A stretch of DNA of 64,000 nucleotides from the human T2T-CHM13v2.0 reference genome, Homo sapiens. Of this stretch, positions 24,849 to 38,200 are shown piece by piece. The position numbers were made by a program, and so were the translations under genes. The notes under the pieces were generated by a model, which was not told the origin of the DNA, made no database searches, and worked only from the letters and a program-made list of their open reading frames with translations. Position 1 is the first letter of the stretch, and the number at the start of each line of letters is the position of its first letter. The DNA is taken from positions 21,184,001 to 21,248,000 of the forward strand of contig CP068257.2 of assembly GCA_009914755.4 (NCBI GenBank), written 5' to 3'.

Positions 24849-27490
24849 AATACATTGATTTTATAATTTAAAAAATTACATAAAATTTTAAAATAAAATT
24901 ATGTCAAAAATATGATGAAACACATACTCGTTAACTGATATATATTTTATCTTCTATATGTGACATAGAAAATCAATTTTTCTAAAGCTGAAAACGCTGT
25001 TGTAATGGTTAAGTTTCTCTAGACAAATAGCCCCAGTTGTTTCTTGAAGAGAGTGAAGAGAAAAAGAGAGAGAGAGACTATGAGGAATTGGCTTGCCCAG
25101 TTGTGGAGGCTGAGAAGTCCTACAATCTCCTTTCTGCAAGATGGAGACCCAGGGAAGCCAGTGGTGTAATTCGAGTATAAATGCTTGAGAACCTGAGAAG
25201 TCAATGGTGTAACTCTCAGTCTGATAGCCTAAAATATGAGATGAGACATTCCAGTTTAATCCACAAAGCAGGAAAAAATAGGAGGTGGGGTGAGTTTCTC
25301 CTTTCTCCAGTTTTTGTTCCATTCAGGCCCTAAAGAGACGGGAGGATGTCCATCTACATTGGGGAGAGCGATCTATTTTATTGTGTCTATAGATTCAAAA
25401 CCTAATTTCATCTTGAAACACACACACAGACACATCCAGAAATCATTTAATCTGAGCACCTCATGTCCAATTAAATAGACATATAAAATTAATTATTACA
25501 ACCATCTTCTGAGTTGAGTGCACAACTTAAGGATTTTTGCATTACATCCCCAAATACTTTGATATAAATGTTACTTGATAACTTCCATTCAGATAAATGG
25601 ATGTGATATCGCTAATAGAACTTCACCTTGCCTTTTGTCCAGCCTACTGTCCTACTCTTGCTTCTGTTTCTAATAATACTTTCTAAAAGCTGATTGTCTG
25701 CATTTACAGTGAAGAAAATATTCTTTAGCTTATTAGTTTATTAATTTGTTCAATGATATTTATGGGGTACCTGATATTGCTCAGCATATTCTACTTGTAA
25801 GGAATAGCTGCGAAACAAGCAAATGAAAAGGCATTGCTGATATTAAACTAATTGTTAGTGAACATATACTTTAAAAATACATAAAATAGGTTAGAAAATG
25901 CCAAGTGTTATAATGATAAATAAAACAGTAAATAAATAAGGTGGCCAGGTGGAAAAGTGTTTGCAATTTTAAATAAGATCATAAGAAAACCTTGTCTCAT
26001 AAGCTGACATTTGATCAAAGACTGGAAGGAAATGAAGGAGTGAATCATATAGTCATCTAAAGAAAGATAATCCCAGGCAATAGAAAAAAAAGTTCCAAAT
26101 GCCTGAGGTGATATCTTCCTCATATATCACAGGAAAAGCTTCAGAAAAATAAGGAAGATAAAGTGTTAAGAGATAAGATCGGAGAGGTAGTATGGGTCCA
26201 AATGATACAGGGCACTGTCACCTCAAAAAGACTTTTTGTTAACATTGAATAAAAAAGGAAGGTATCAAACTTGCATATTAACAGGATCACTCAGGATTCT
26301 GTGTTAAAAACAGACTATGAAAAATCAGAGTAGAAGCAGGCACACTAGCTATGAGGCTATTGCATTAGTCCAGGAAGATGTCGACATATGGTGATGTTAA
26401 TGACCATGATATGGTTAATTCATTTTGAGTCCGCATGTTATTTCACCTCTTTGACACAATTGATCACTCACTCCTCTATGACAATTTTTAAAATTTTGCT
26501 TAGCCTCCCAAGCCATAACATTTACCTAGTTTCCTCCCCAGGAGTCTAGTTCAGGGGAGTTATTTTGCTGCCTCCACTCCCACTCTGGCTGAGCCCAGTC
26601 AGGGATATTTGGCAATATCTGAAGAAACCTTCAGTTTTGTCTCACCTGGGGACAGGATATGCTTCTGGCATCTAGTAGGTAAAGGTCAATGATGCTGTTA
26701 AACATCCTACAATGTATGGGATAGTCTCCCATATCAAAGAATTATCAGGCCCCAAATGTCACTAGTGCTGAGATTGAGAAACCATGGTTTACCTTCTTGC
26801 TGATTCTTGCTTATTTTCCAGACATTTAAATTTCGCCATTGGACCCAGACTCAGTTATTGGACCTCTTCTCTCTCCATATTCTCTCACTGTCTAAGTGAT
26901 CACTAAGTTATATAAGTCTGCAGTCAGAAGACTCCCAAATTTACATCTCAATCCTGGACTTCTACTTCAAACAATGCTCCATCTGTCCAATGGCCCATTC
27001 AAAATATCTAACACATAGATGTTTCTTAGATCTTTGCAAATTAACAAGCCACAAACTGAACTACTTCTTTGTTCCCAGAAACTTTTCTCTCATAGTCTCC
27101 CTATCTTGATGAGTAACAATTCCATTTTTTTTTTTTTTAGGTTATTTAAGCCAAAAATACTGGAACACACTTGATTCTTTTCCTTTTGTTACATTCTACA
27201 TTGAGTCCTTCAGGAAATCTTTTCTGCTTACCTTTCCAAATATATCAACAAATCAATCACTTCTCATCATGCCCACTATTTTCAAACTGGTTCAGTATCA
27301 ATTAACTTTTATTTGTAGTATTTCAACAGTTTCTTAACTGTATATCCACCTTAATTTTTGTCTCCAATCGTCTATTATTTATCTACCCAAAAATCTGACA
27401 AATGATTTTAGATCTTAAGTAGATTTTGAAAATTCTCCCAAGTCTTTTCTTTTTACTAGTAATAAAAGGCACTTAAAAAAAATGATACTG

Positions 27491-27772
27491 GGCCAGGCTC
27501 GGTGGCTCATGCCTGTAATCCCAGCATTTTGGGAGGCTGAGATGGGCGGATCACGAGATTAGGAGATACAGACCATTCTGGCCAACATGGTGACACCCCG
27601 TCTCTACTGAAAATACAAAAATTAGCTGGGTGTGGTGGCACACGCCTGTAATCCCAGCTACTCGGGAGGCTGAGGCAGGAGAATCGCTTGAAGAGGTTTC
27701 AGTGAGCTGAGATCACACCACTGCACTCCAGCCTGGTGACAGAGGGAGACTCCATCTCAAAAAAAAAAAAAA
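27491..27772 (+). mobile_element. Alu SINE with a target-site duplication
   Basis: ggccaggctcggtggctcatgcctgtaatcccagcattttgggaggctgagatgggcggatcacgag … gcctggtgacagagggagactccatctc + poly-A. aaaatgatact is repeated at both flanks. Confidence 0.93.
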
Positions 27773-29152
27773 TGATACTAATACTCGATGCAAACCAACT
27801 GATTCTTACTAGGATTGTTTAATCATGACAATGATACTCAGACTTAACAGTTCTGAGGAGTTGGTGATAAAAAGATGTGAGAAAAGGGGAAAAAAAAGTG
27901 TAAACCTGCAGGTTTATAGAGTCTTCCTATAATAAAAGAGAAAGAAGAAATAGAAATTTTAGCAAACTCTGCTGGGATGCCTTTTTTTCTGCTTTGAAAG
28001 CAGAAAATATAAACATAACCAAACAGAGTCGGTATTTCACTCCTTCCAATGTTTCTATCTCCCTGCTTTTCACATCATCTTGCTAGTGTTCTGTATTCAC
28101 ATTTGTTCACCTGAATTACTCTTATTTAGAGCAAAATAAAACTTCTTCAAACTAAAAAAGCAAATATATTAGAAATGTATTTCTAATGCATTTGACTATT
28201 GACATAAAAAAAGCAATAGTCAAAATATTATGCAAATACAATTTTGACAATTTTTAGAAAATGAAAATATGTTTTTACCCAGTCACAAAAAAAGCTATTA
28301 GAGCTTTATGGCTATTGTGTTGAAAATTTTCAGGTGTACAGAAAAACTGAAATTGGTAATATTTTTGCATCTTTTGGAGAAATTCAACAAAAATTTAATG
28401 TTAGTAAGATAACATTTCATATGAGGAAAATATTCAAATTGCCAAATATTTTAAGTCAAAACACACTTGTTGAAATTTGTTAGTTCTAGCCAATATTCTT
28501 TATGTTCTGAAGTTATAGTGCAAAAATATTTTGTAGAGTAGACATCCTAATCCTAGCTGAAATAAACTTCTCATGATCAATTGCATGATTACAGATCTGT
28601 AAGCAGTGTGACAAAGTCATGAGTCACAGTGCAAATGCAGTCATAATGCAAACACACCTAACAAACATTCCTCAGCAACCTCTCTTATGTACTGCACATA
28701 TTTAATAAACACATTTACTGTATACCCAAGAACCACAGTAGGTAGACATGCATTCCATGAAATTAATGTGTCAATTAAGTGTTAAACTAGTTAACGGTTT
28801 CCAATAGCTTTGATTGTGAACTAATTCACACTAAAAGAAGTCAAAGTAAGCACAGTGCATTTCTCTTTGGTTGCATAGTGGATTAATTAATTACTTTTGC
28901 ATTGACCCTACTTATAGCAGCATTAGGAGGGGGATGAAGTATTTCGAGAGAAATATAAAGTGTCCTGATAAAGGCAATCATGTCAGTCTTTAATTTTCCT
29001 AGGTGGTATAAAGTAGAACGCAAGTAAAACAATAACCTAGCTCCTTAAATATCTTGGATATATTGTATCCTTGATTGCTGAGCCCTGCAAACTGGTTCAT
29101 ATTTAATTAAGTCAGACTTGGCAAAAGCACTTTCTTTTTAACAGTATGTGGC

Positions 29153-29175
29153 TTCTTTCTTTCTTTCTTTCTTTT
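29153..29175. repeat. (TTTC)n microsatellite
   Basis: ttctttctttctttctttcttttg. Confidence 0.8.
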
Positions 29176-29829
29176 GTAACTTCAATGCTTTATATTATTT
29201 TATAAGAAAGCAGGTATAATTAACACCCATGTGATCTGGGGTCTGAAAAGTGCTTTAATATAAAACATTTCTTTGGAGCTGAAAGTAAAACCATGTCTGC
29301 CGTAAATTATGATGTTAACTTCTTTTGGAACTACCCCAAACAGAAACTTCCAAATAAAATTAAATTAAGGAATATATTGGTATATAATTTAAATCAAACT
29401 GAAAAATTATATATTTCCTAAACTAATATCAAAAGTATTTACATACATTTAACTTAATTAAATTAGGAAGTGAGGTTTTCATTACATTTTTATTATATCT
29501 CACTTGTAATTTATAAATTCTGGATTCATTTTCATTTTTATTTTTATTTAAATTTGCATTTCTTTTTCATGAGACTCATTCTTTTGTGTAAAGATTGCAA
29601 CCAGAATAGCATCCTTAGAAACATGATTATTTTACTCTGGATCAACAATAGCATAACTAATTCATTATTTCCTATTAAGCAGAATAATGACATGAATTAC
29701 TTAATATAAAATAATAATGAAATTTGGCTAAAGTGCCTATAAACTTAGATATAATCCAGTAATTAAATAAGTATAAAAAATTTAATATTGTAGTTAAATC
29801 TTATGCTTAGTCTACTTTTTAAAATATAT

Positions 29830-30660
29830 TTTATCTTTTAGAGAAGTTTTAAGTTCACAACAAAGCGAGCAGAAACAGTACAAATTTCTCATATACTCCC
29901 TTCCCCTTCACATGCAAAGCCTTCATCATTTCTCAAATCCCCCACCAGAGTGGTACCTTTATTACAACTGATGAGCCTACGTTGACACATCAACATTACC
30001 CAGAGTCCATAGTTTACATTAGTGTCCAGTCTTAGTGTTATACATTCTATGGGTTTGGACAAATATATCATGATATGTATCCACCATTATGGTATCATTT
30101 TACTACACTACAGAATCATTTTACTACACTAAGAATTATCTGTTGCCTGCCTATTTACTCTCCCCTTTCCCTTAAACCATGCAACCGCTGATCTTCTTGT
30201 TGTCTCTATGGTTTTGTCTTTTCCAGATTATTATATAGTTGGGATCACACAGTATGTAGAATTTAAGGCAGATGTTTTTCATTTCTTGTTAGCACTAAAT
30301 TATATTCTACTGTCTGAAAGTACCATAAGTTATTTACCTACTCACCTTCTTAAGGACATCTTAGTTGCTTGCAAGTTTTGGCAGTTATAAGTGAAGCTGC
30401 ATCTGTGCGCAGGTTTATGTGTGAAAGTAAGTTTTAAACCCCTTTGGGTAAATTCCAAGGACCACAATTACTGGCTCCTATGTTAAGAGTTAGTTTCCTT
30501 TTGAAAGAAACTGACTATCTTCCAAAGTGACTGCACCATTTTGCATTCCCACCAGCAATAAATGAAAGTTCCTGTTGCTCCACATCCTTGCCTGCATTTA
30601 GTTTTGTCAGTGTTCTGGTTTGGGCTATTCTAATAGTGTTACAGTAGGTAGCTAGTCAGA
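29830..30660 (-). mobile_element. Older L1 (L1M/L1P-type) 3' region, reverse orientation
   Basis: Reverse-complement L1 3' motifs: ttttagagaagttttaagttcacaacaaagcgagcagaaacagtacaaatttctcatatac…cacatgcaaagcc…cccaccagagtggtacctttattacaactgatgagcctacgttgacacatcaacattacccagagtccatagtttacattag…; …ccaaagtgactgcaccattttgcattcccaccagcaataaatgaaagttcctgttgctccacatccttgcctgcatttagttttgtcagtgttctgg. Confidence 0.8.
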
Positions 30661-31345
30661 CATGAGCAAGGTATACACACACTGGGAATGTTAGGCGGCC
30701 ATCAGATGGTAGTCAGGCAGTCAACTGTCCTTCTGAAATATAACCAGTACAAGGGCAAGCAGTCTCCCAATAAACAGAAACACCTGAAGCTGGTGATCAG
30801 CAGCTTCCTGATAAGATGTCAGGAGTTGGGTGAATGGGCTCCAGCATGTGTACTAAGAGGCAAAATGTTGGAGTTTAAGTGGTATACTACTTTCTGGGGA
30901 CATTTGATTGGTAAAACAAGACACCTTAAGTGAACATGTGTACAACTCTAGTAAACACACTGTGCATGCTCACCTCCCAAGTGCGAGCAGGCCACTGCAC
31001 CTGCAGACAGCCCACCTCATGGGAAGAATTGGGGAGAAGAAACACATGACCTCAGAAGCATGCCAACATATACAGACCCAAGTCAAAAGGTCCAACCATG
31101 CACTTAATCCCTCAAGCCACCCACTTGGCCCTATTTCAAGTGTACTTCACTTCCTTTCATTCCTGTTAAAAAGCTTTTTAGAATACTTTCACTTCTGCTC
31201 TAACTTGCCTTGGTCTCTTCTGCCTTTTACCCCTCAGTTGAATTTTTTTCTTCTGAGGAGGCAAAAGTTGAGGTTGCTGCAGACCCTTAGGAATTCATTG
31301 CCGGCAACAATAGGTGTCCCACTTTTAATTTCAATATTGCCTCTT
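30661..31345 (+). mobile_element. Possible solo LTR of an endogenous retrovirus (family not identified)
   Basis: U3/R/U5-like organisation: aataaacagaaacacc…, …cttcctttcattcctgttaaaaagctttttagaatactttcacttctgctctaacttgccttggtctcttctgcc. Not repeated elsewhere in the window, so the call rests on motif resemblance only. The 146-aa ORF (30908..31348 +) lies inside it. Confidence 0.35.
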
Positions 31346-32335
31346 TAATCATGGATGATATTCATTGTTCATGACTATTCATATTTTAAGATATTAATGT
31401 CTATTCACATTTACAGTGGTTTATTGCAAAAGAAATAACTAACCATAATATACTCTTTAGATTGTTTTGTATATGAATATTCTAACTAAAAACACAAGAT
31501 TTATGCAATAAAAATGATATACAGTAAATGCATTTATTATCTCACTTATTTAGGCCAACGCATACATGTGCCACAGGCATATGGATTATTACCTTCTATA
31601 ATAGCAGGGACACATGCTCATCAAGATCCACAGCAGTCACAAACTAAGACCCTACTAAGAATGGTGCTGTCTAGGTTTTGGCAGTGCCAAGGTGCACAAC
31701 CATAAAAAAGGAAAATCTGGAGTATTTTGTTACTTGCTTTATAACAGCTGAGAGCAGAAAACAAGGTAAGGATGCAGGTTACTGTTTCTCACGTGCTTCA
31801 ATCTTTAAATCAGAAAATAAACTCTTCTGCTGAAGTACATTAACAAAGCTCCATGAACATCTCATTAGCCAGAAGTGTTCACACACCTTCTCTAAATCAA
31901 TTGATTGACAAAAGGGAATTCAATTATAATAATAGGCCTGGAGTAGGCACTTTGCTGCTGAAAGAAAACTGGAGTTCTGAAAACTAAGAAAGGAAGAATG
32001 ACTGCTTGATGGTTTTGAAGGATTCTGCCACATGTATCTCCATTTACAATCAAGTGATGCCATCTCACATGTAATAATTTCATTTAAAATGTTTGTAAAA
32101 TGACAAACTTATTTGTAAGAAATATTTCTTTAAAAACACAAAAAATTAGATTTGAATTAAACAGCTTATTTTAGGAAATCGTTCAATTAAGCTTTCTGGA
32201 AGAATGTAAATATATTCAATCACATGCAACTCAAACTTTTAACTGGAAAACTTGAAAGTAAAAAGGTGTGATGAACAACCATAAAGCAGAAACTAGAAGC
32301 ATCTGCTTTTGCTCATGTAGGGAGAAATTGGAGAC

Positions 32336-32358
32336 TGTTGCTGTTGTTGTTGTTGTTG
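32336..32358. repeat. (GTT)n microsatellite
   Basis: gttgctgttgttgttgttgttg. Confidence 0.8.
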
Positions 32359-32455
32359 AGTAGATGAGTTTATCAGGACTTACATATCAGGGAGTCCTGG
32401 GTGGCAGTGAGATAGCTCTAGAGATCGGTACCGCTAATCATCTCTAAGCTGCTTA

Positions 32456-32747
32456 TTTTTTTTTTATTTTTTATGTATTTATTTTTGAGATAGGGTCTCA
32501 CTCCGTCACCCAGGATGGGGCGCAGTGGTGTGATTATGGCTCACTGCAGCCGTGAACTCCCAGGTTCAATTGATCCTCCTACCTTAACATACTGTGTAGC
32601 TAGGACTATAGGCTAATTTTCACATTTTGTAGAGATGGAATTTTGCTATGTTGCTCAGGGTGGTCTCAAGCTCCTGGGCACAAGTGGTTCTCCTGCCTCG
32701 GCCTCCCAAAGTGCTGAAATTACAGGCATGAGCCACCGCACCCAGCC
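32456..32747 (-). mobile_element. Alu SINE (upstream member of a tandem pair), inserted at the tail of the next Alu
   Basis: Poly-T then gagatagggtctcactccgtcacccaggatggggcgcagtggtgtgattatggctcactgcagcc … gcctcccaaagtgctgaaattacaggcatgagccaccgcacccagcc. Flanked by tctaagctgctt / ctctaagttgctt direct repeats. Confidence 0.9.
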
Positions 32748-32757
32748 TCTAAGTTGC

Positions 32758-33037
32758 TTTTTTTTTTTTTCTTTTTTCTTTTTTGAGATAGGGTCTCACT
32801 CTGTTGCCCAAGCTGAAGTGCAGTGCATCAATCTTGGCTCACTGCAACCTCTGCTCCCCACCCTACTGCCCACGACCACAGGCACACATCACCACCCCTG
32901 GCTATTTTTATGTATTTTCGCAGAGACAGAGTCTCACCATGTTCCCAGGCTGGTCTCCAACCCCTGAGCTCAAGCAATCCACCCTTCTTGGCCTCCAAAA
33001 GTGCTGGGATTACAGCTGTGAGCCATTGCGTCCTGCC
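32758..33037 (-). mobile_element. Alu SINE (second member of the tandem pair)
   Basis: ttttttttttttcttttttcttttttgagatagggtctcactctgttgcccaagctgaagtgcagtgcatcaatcttggctcactgcaacc … gcctccaaaagtgctgggattacagctgtgagccattgcgtcctgcc. Confidence 0.9.
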
Positions 33038-33380
33038 ACCTAAACTACTATTAAGCTAATTTTCTTGATCTTTGCATATGGTGTTTGTGCAGTGAGACTG
33101 TTTTTCTTCACATTTCAGAATGTTATTATTTTTATTGATTTGTCATTTTAAGAAATAAGTATGAATCCAATGAGCATTGATAGAAAAGAAAACCTCAAAT
33201 ATTTTATTTGTTTCGTTGTACTGAATAGAAATTTTCTCAGAATAATGAAGGCAGAAAAAAAGAAATATTTTCATGCTTATGGTGTCATAGTTTAGCAGGG
33301 TGAAGAGAAAAGACCCTGAACAAAGGAAGCCAAGGGTTCTGGCTGACCAAACAAACCAACCTTCCCTAAAGAAGAAACGA

Positions 33381-34160
33381 GACACATGAAAAAATGCTCA
33401 ACATAACTGGCCATCAGAGAAATGCAAATCAAAACCACAATGAGATACCATCTCACACCAGTTAGAATGGCAATCATTGAAAAGTCAGGAAACAACAGGT
33501 GCTGGAGAGGATGTGGAGAAATAGGAACACTTTTACACTGTTGGTGGGACTGTAAACTAGTTCAATCATTGTGGAAGACAGTGTGGTGATTCCTCAGGGA
33601 TCTAGAACTAGAAATACTATTTGACCTAGCCATCCCATTACTGGGTATATACCCAAAGGATTATAAATAATGCTTCTGTAAAGGCACATGCACACGTATG
33701 TTTATTGTGGCACTATTCACAATAGCAAAGACTTGGAACCAACCCAAATGTCCATCAATGATAGACTGGATTAAGAAAATGTGGCACATACACACCATGG
33801 AATACTATGCAGCCATAAAAAAGGATGAGTTCATGTCCTTTGTGGGGACATGGATGAAGCTGGAAACCATCATTCTGAGCAAACTATCGCAAGGTCAGAA
33901 AACCAAACACTGCATGTTCTCACTCATAGGTGGGAAATGAACAATGAGAACACTTGGACACAGGAAGGGGAACATCACACACCGCGGCCTGTTGTGGGGT
34001 GGGGGAAGCGGGGAGGGAAAGCATTAGGAGATATACCTAATGTAAATGACGAGTTAATGGGTGCAGCACACCAACACGGCACATGTATACATATGTAACA
34101 AACCTGCACATTGTGCACATGTACCCTAGAACTTAAAGTATAATAATTAAAAAAAAAAAA
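33381..34160 (+). mobile_element. Young L1 (L1PA-type) 5'-truncated 3' end insertion with poly-A and ~12-bp target-site duplication
   Basis: Near-consensus L1PA 3' end: …ggccatcagagaaatgcaaatcaaaaccacaatgagataccatctcacaccagttagaatggc…ccaaatgtccatcaatgatagactggattaagaaaatgtggcacatacacaccatggaatactatgcagccataaaaaaggatgagttcatgtcctttgtagggacatggatgaagctggaaaccatcattctgagcaaactatcgcaaggtcagaaaaccaaacac…aaagtataataattaaaaaaaaaaaa. aagaagaaacga is repeated at 33369-33380 and 34162-34173. Confidence 0.93.
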
Positions 34161-34364
34161 GAAGAAGAAACGACCACAGTCGGATAACTCTTATTTTCAA
34201 TTCTTTCAGTGTTTTCCACAGAAACAGCAAAAGGGCATTTCTTAGACCTGAAGTGGGTGCCAAACCAGCAATGGAACAGAAACTTGAATAACCTTTCCTC
34301 TAAGAATACATATTGTGCAAAGAGTTTTGTTGTCCTCATAGGAAAATTAGGCTACTCTGAATAG

Positions 34365-34515
34365 ACTATATGTGTGTGTGTATATATATTCATACACACA
34401 TATAGAATATAAATAGGAATAGAATCGAATATATATGACTATACATATATGGTATATATGAATATACATATATGAATAGATATCATATATGATATATGTG
34501 TATCACATATATAAA
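34365..34515. repeat. Low-complexity (TG)n/(TA)n/(ATATG)-type simple repeat
   Basis: tgtgtgtgtgtatatatattcatacacacatatagaatataaat…atatatatgaatatacatatatgaatagatatcatatatgatatatgtgtatcacatatat. Confidence 0.8.
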
Positions 34516-36488
34516 AGGCAGGAAAATATAATATCCACTATATTTTATTCTTTGATTGCTCGACACCCAGAAACCATTCTTCACATTAATTTATTTCAAA
34601 ATTTAACCTGCCAAACAACAATGCCTGTTTGACTGAGTTTACATTCATTGCCCATCCACAGAAATACAATGTGATGTGTTCTATTTAGCGCATTCTAGGA
34701 CATAGAGATAGTGCTTTTCTCATCTCCTACAATGTCTCGGTATTATATCAAAGTAAACTAAAAGGCAAATGTATTCATAAAGACATCTACATAAAATGTT
34801 AATGCAAAATAAAAGTAAAAATGATGATACAAGTAAAAAAAGTGATAAATTAATATGCTTGCCTAGACATACACACACAGACAGTATAAAGATGGGATTA
34901 TAAGCACAGGCTATGGTCTTCATGTAACTTATTATGTAATGTGTTATCTTCTGAGATTGCTTTTCATGAATTTCCATATTATAACCCTCTCCATATTCCC
35001 TTTTGCTTTAGCCAGCATATGGAACGATTCTACTTATTACCAGAGGTAATGTTCAGCTTTGATTTTAAACATTTTTTGTAGCTTATGTTAGGATCATTTT
35101 CTGTGTTTCTCCATGGCTGTACTGCTGGCGTGATAGGAAAGGAAGGCACACCAACATATTCTTGGGATATGGTCAGGGTTCATGTCTGACACTATCTGGT
35201 ACCTTTAATCCTATTTTTGCTAAAAATGCAGAACCAATAACTATAAGCAGAAATAACCCTGTTTTACTACTTGTTTACCTCAAATGTTTAAGTGAATGTT
35301 TTTCCCAATCAGTGGCATTATTCATTTTTTCCATGATCCAAATATTAATATTTGGAGAATCAAATATTCTAAACACAGAACAGAACACATTTTTAATAGA
35401 AATTGTTTGAATAAGCTGCATTTCTTACAACTTTATCATACATTGGTGGTTTTACGTGTTGGATGTGTGTTCATGTTTTCCAACACATACATGGGTTCCC
35501 ATGCTTCTCTTTCTTAATCTTTCTGTTTTACCTTACCATTCCTTTTTTTCTTATTTTTCTTTTCCCTATATCATAGAACTGATAGTTTGATTGACTTAGT
35601 GTTTAATATAAACACGTTTGGCATTCTCTCTTTTTGAGTATAAAGATGTACAAGTAAAGCATGTTGTATTTCTATTTTAATCTAGAATTCTAGAATAAGA
35701 TGGTTCTCAATTATTTTAAATATTTCTCAGTCCAGATATAATAATGCGCTTTCCAGTTCTCTTGAGGAATTTTGCATTTCATAAGCAACTACAAACCCAC
35801 AAATGAAACATATCACAGCAGGTGATAAGCAGGGTAGGAAATTTATAAAATATGTTATTTCTAGATATATTTGAAAGTTAAAGGAAAATGGTCCTCTTAT
35901 TAAAGTTAAACTTTGGTTGTTAAAGAAGTAGATAAAAGTAAAAGAAAGTAAAATTCTAGCTTCTTGAATTTTAGTCTAAGTGGAATAGAAGTACCCAAAG
36001 TTCTCATCTTGATAAAATAGAGTTCCTCTGTTACATTTTCACGGTCAACAAATTTACAATGTTGAAGTGGAATATCAAAATGCTTTTAGCAATACCCACA
36101 GATGTGAGACATTATAATAGAGCTTTGCTTAGGATAGCAATGCCAACAGATATGTAAATGTATAATTTTTGGCCTTGGCACAGGAAAAATGACTGACGAA
36201 ATTTTTGAAATATTTTCCATTACAGCATATCTGTTGGGGTAGAATGGTTTGGGTTTACTTAATTTCACAGCCTTTTCATAGTAAGAAGAATGGCCATAAT
36301 TTTTAGAACTGTAGGGCCTCAAACATGAGTCAGATGATTTTAGGTAACAATTTTTACCATAGTGGAATAAATTTATTTTATTAAAAATATGGTAATCTTA
36401 TAAATTATGATACAAGATATTTTGATATCCAGAATTTGTACTTCCCAAATCATCTTTGAAAGTAATTGTGCAAAGAAAACTTATTTCA

Positions 36489-36816
<328 letters not shown>

Positions 36817-37908
36817 TCAATTCAAGAAATAACATAGGGTTTTAAAAACATCTTTTAATAGAGAATATAAAAATCATTTTGATTGAAAATTTAACCTATT
36901 AGATTTTTCAAATAGATAAATGTTATTTAAAATACATGTATTATTATTATGACAACATGATTAGAAATGTTTTCATGGAAGATTGTGCTTCTTAGCTAAG
37001 GATATTTTAGGTAAAAATCAGAAAAGTAAGTTGCCTAAAAATTCCTTGAGAGAAGTTACAATCTTCTTAACTATTTTCTGCTCTCCAAAGTGCCTAGACT
37101 AGAGAAATGTACTTCAGGAAACACTTGATACATACTTGTTGATGACTGAAAGAAACTCATGTACTATTATAAAGTTAATAACTAAATACAAATATGTTTG
37201 ACCACTTTTTTGTAACATATATTTTATATTTAGATATTTTCACCATCTTAAAGACATTCACACAGAAGGATCAATTCCTGTAGGAAAACAAGAAGTAACA
37301 AACTCATTGAAACACATATTTCATAATTTTTACAAGAAGGGTTTTGCCCTGATGAGCGGGTTTATGTTTTGGTTAATACTATGTATTTACATGAGTATAA
37401 ACATATTTGACAGTTTTAGACATTCTTTCTTTTAGTATTGAAAAACATTAATAATTCAATCAACGATTTATACAATTTTAATATGATTAATATAGACTTA
37501 TATGAAAGAGATCTTAACTTTAGTGAATTTAAACAATAAAAAACTGTAATATAAAATCACTTTTTAACACGAGTGAATAGATATCATTGGTATGTTCAGT
37601 CATGTAAGAATGACGGAGAACCAAGGTTTTAATTTTCGTGTTAGCATTCAGATTTAAATAATTATTAAGGAAATTTTTCTTAGTATTTTATAGAGTTAAG
37701 AGTATTTTTAATTATTCATACCAAAAAGAATACAGCAGAAGTTTTATTTAAAGTAGAAATATTTAATTGTGTTGACTTAGGAAGAGACTGACATATTGCT
37801 TAAATTAAAAATGGTTTATATTTACAAACTTTAAACTCTGGCTACTCATAAGTTCATAACATTTTAAAGCCATAGCCTCCAAAGGTGAAGAATAAGAATT
37901 CAAATTCT

Positions 37909-38200
37909 GGCTGGGCACGGTGGCTCACGCCTGTAATCCCAGCACAATGGGAGATCAAGGTGGGAGGACTGCTTGAGCCAAGGAGTTCGAGAAAAGAGGG
38001 TAACATGATAAAAACCCATCTCTACAAAAAATACAAAAATTAGCTGGGAATGGTAGTGTACGCCTGTAGTCCTGGCTACCTGGGAGGCTGAGGTGGGAGG
38101 ATCACTTGAGCCCAGGTCATCGAGGCTGCAGTGAGCCCTGATCACACTTTTGCACTCTGGCCTGGGCAACAGAGTGAGACCTGGTTCCAAAATAAAAAAA
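37909..38200 (+). mobile_element. Alu SINE (older, AluJ-like divergence)
   Basis: ggctgggcacggtggctcacgcctgtaatcccagcacaatgggagatcaaggtgggaggactgcttgagccaaggagttcgag…gcctgggcaacagagtgagacctggttccaaaataaaaaaaag. aaattctg-type flank repeat. More diverged from consensus than the other copies. Confidence 0.88.

Noticed and set aside
30908-31348. 146-aa plus-strand ORF
   Set aside because: Low-complexity composition inside a putative LTR, with no start context or recognisable domain. Kept only as a note under the LTR finding.
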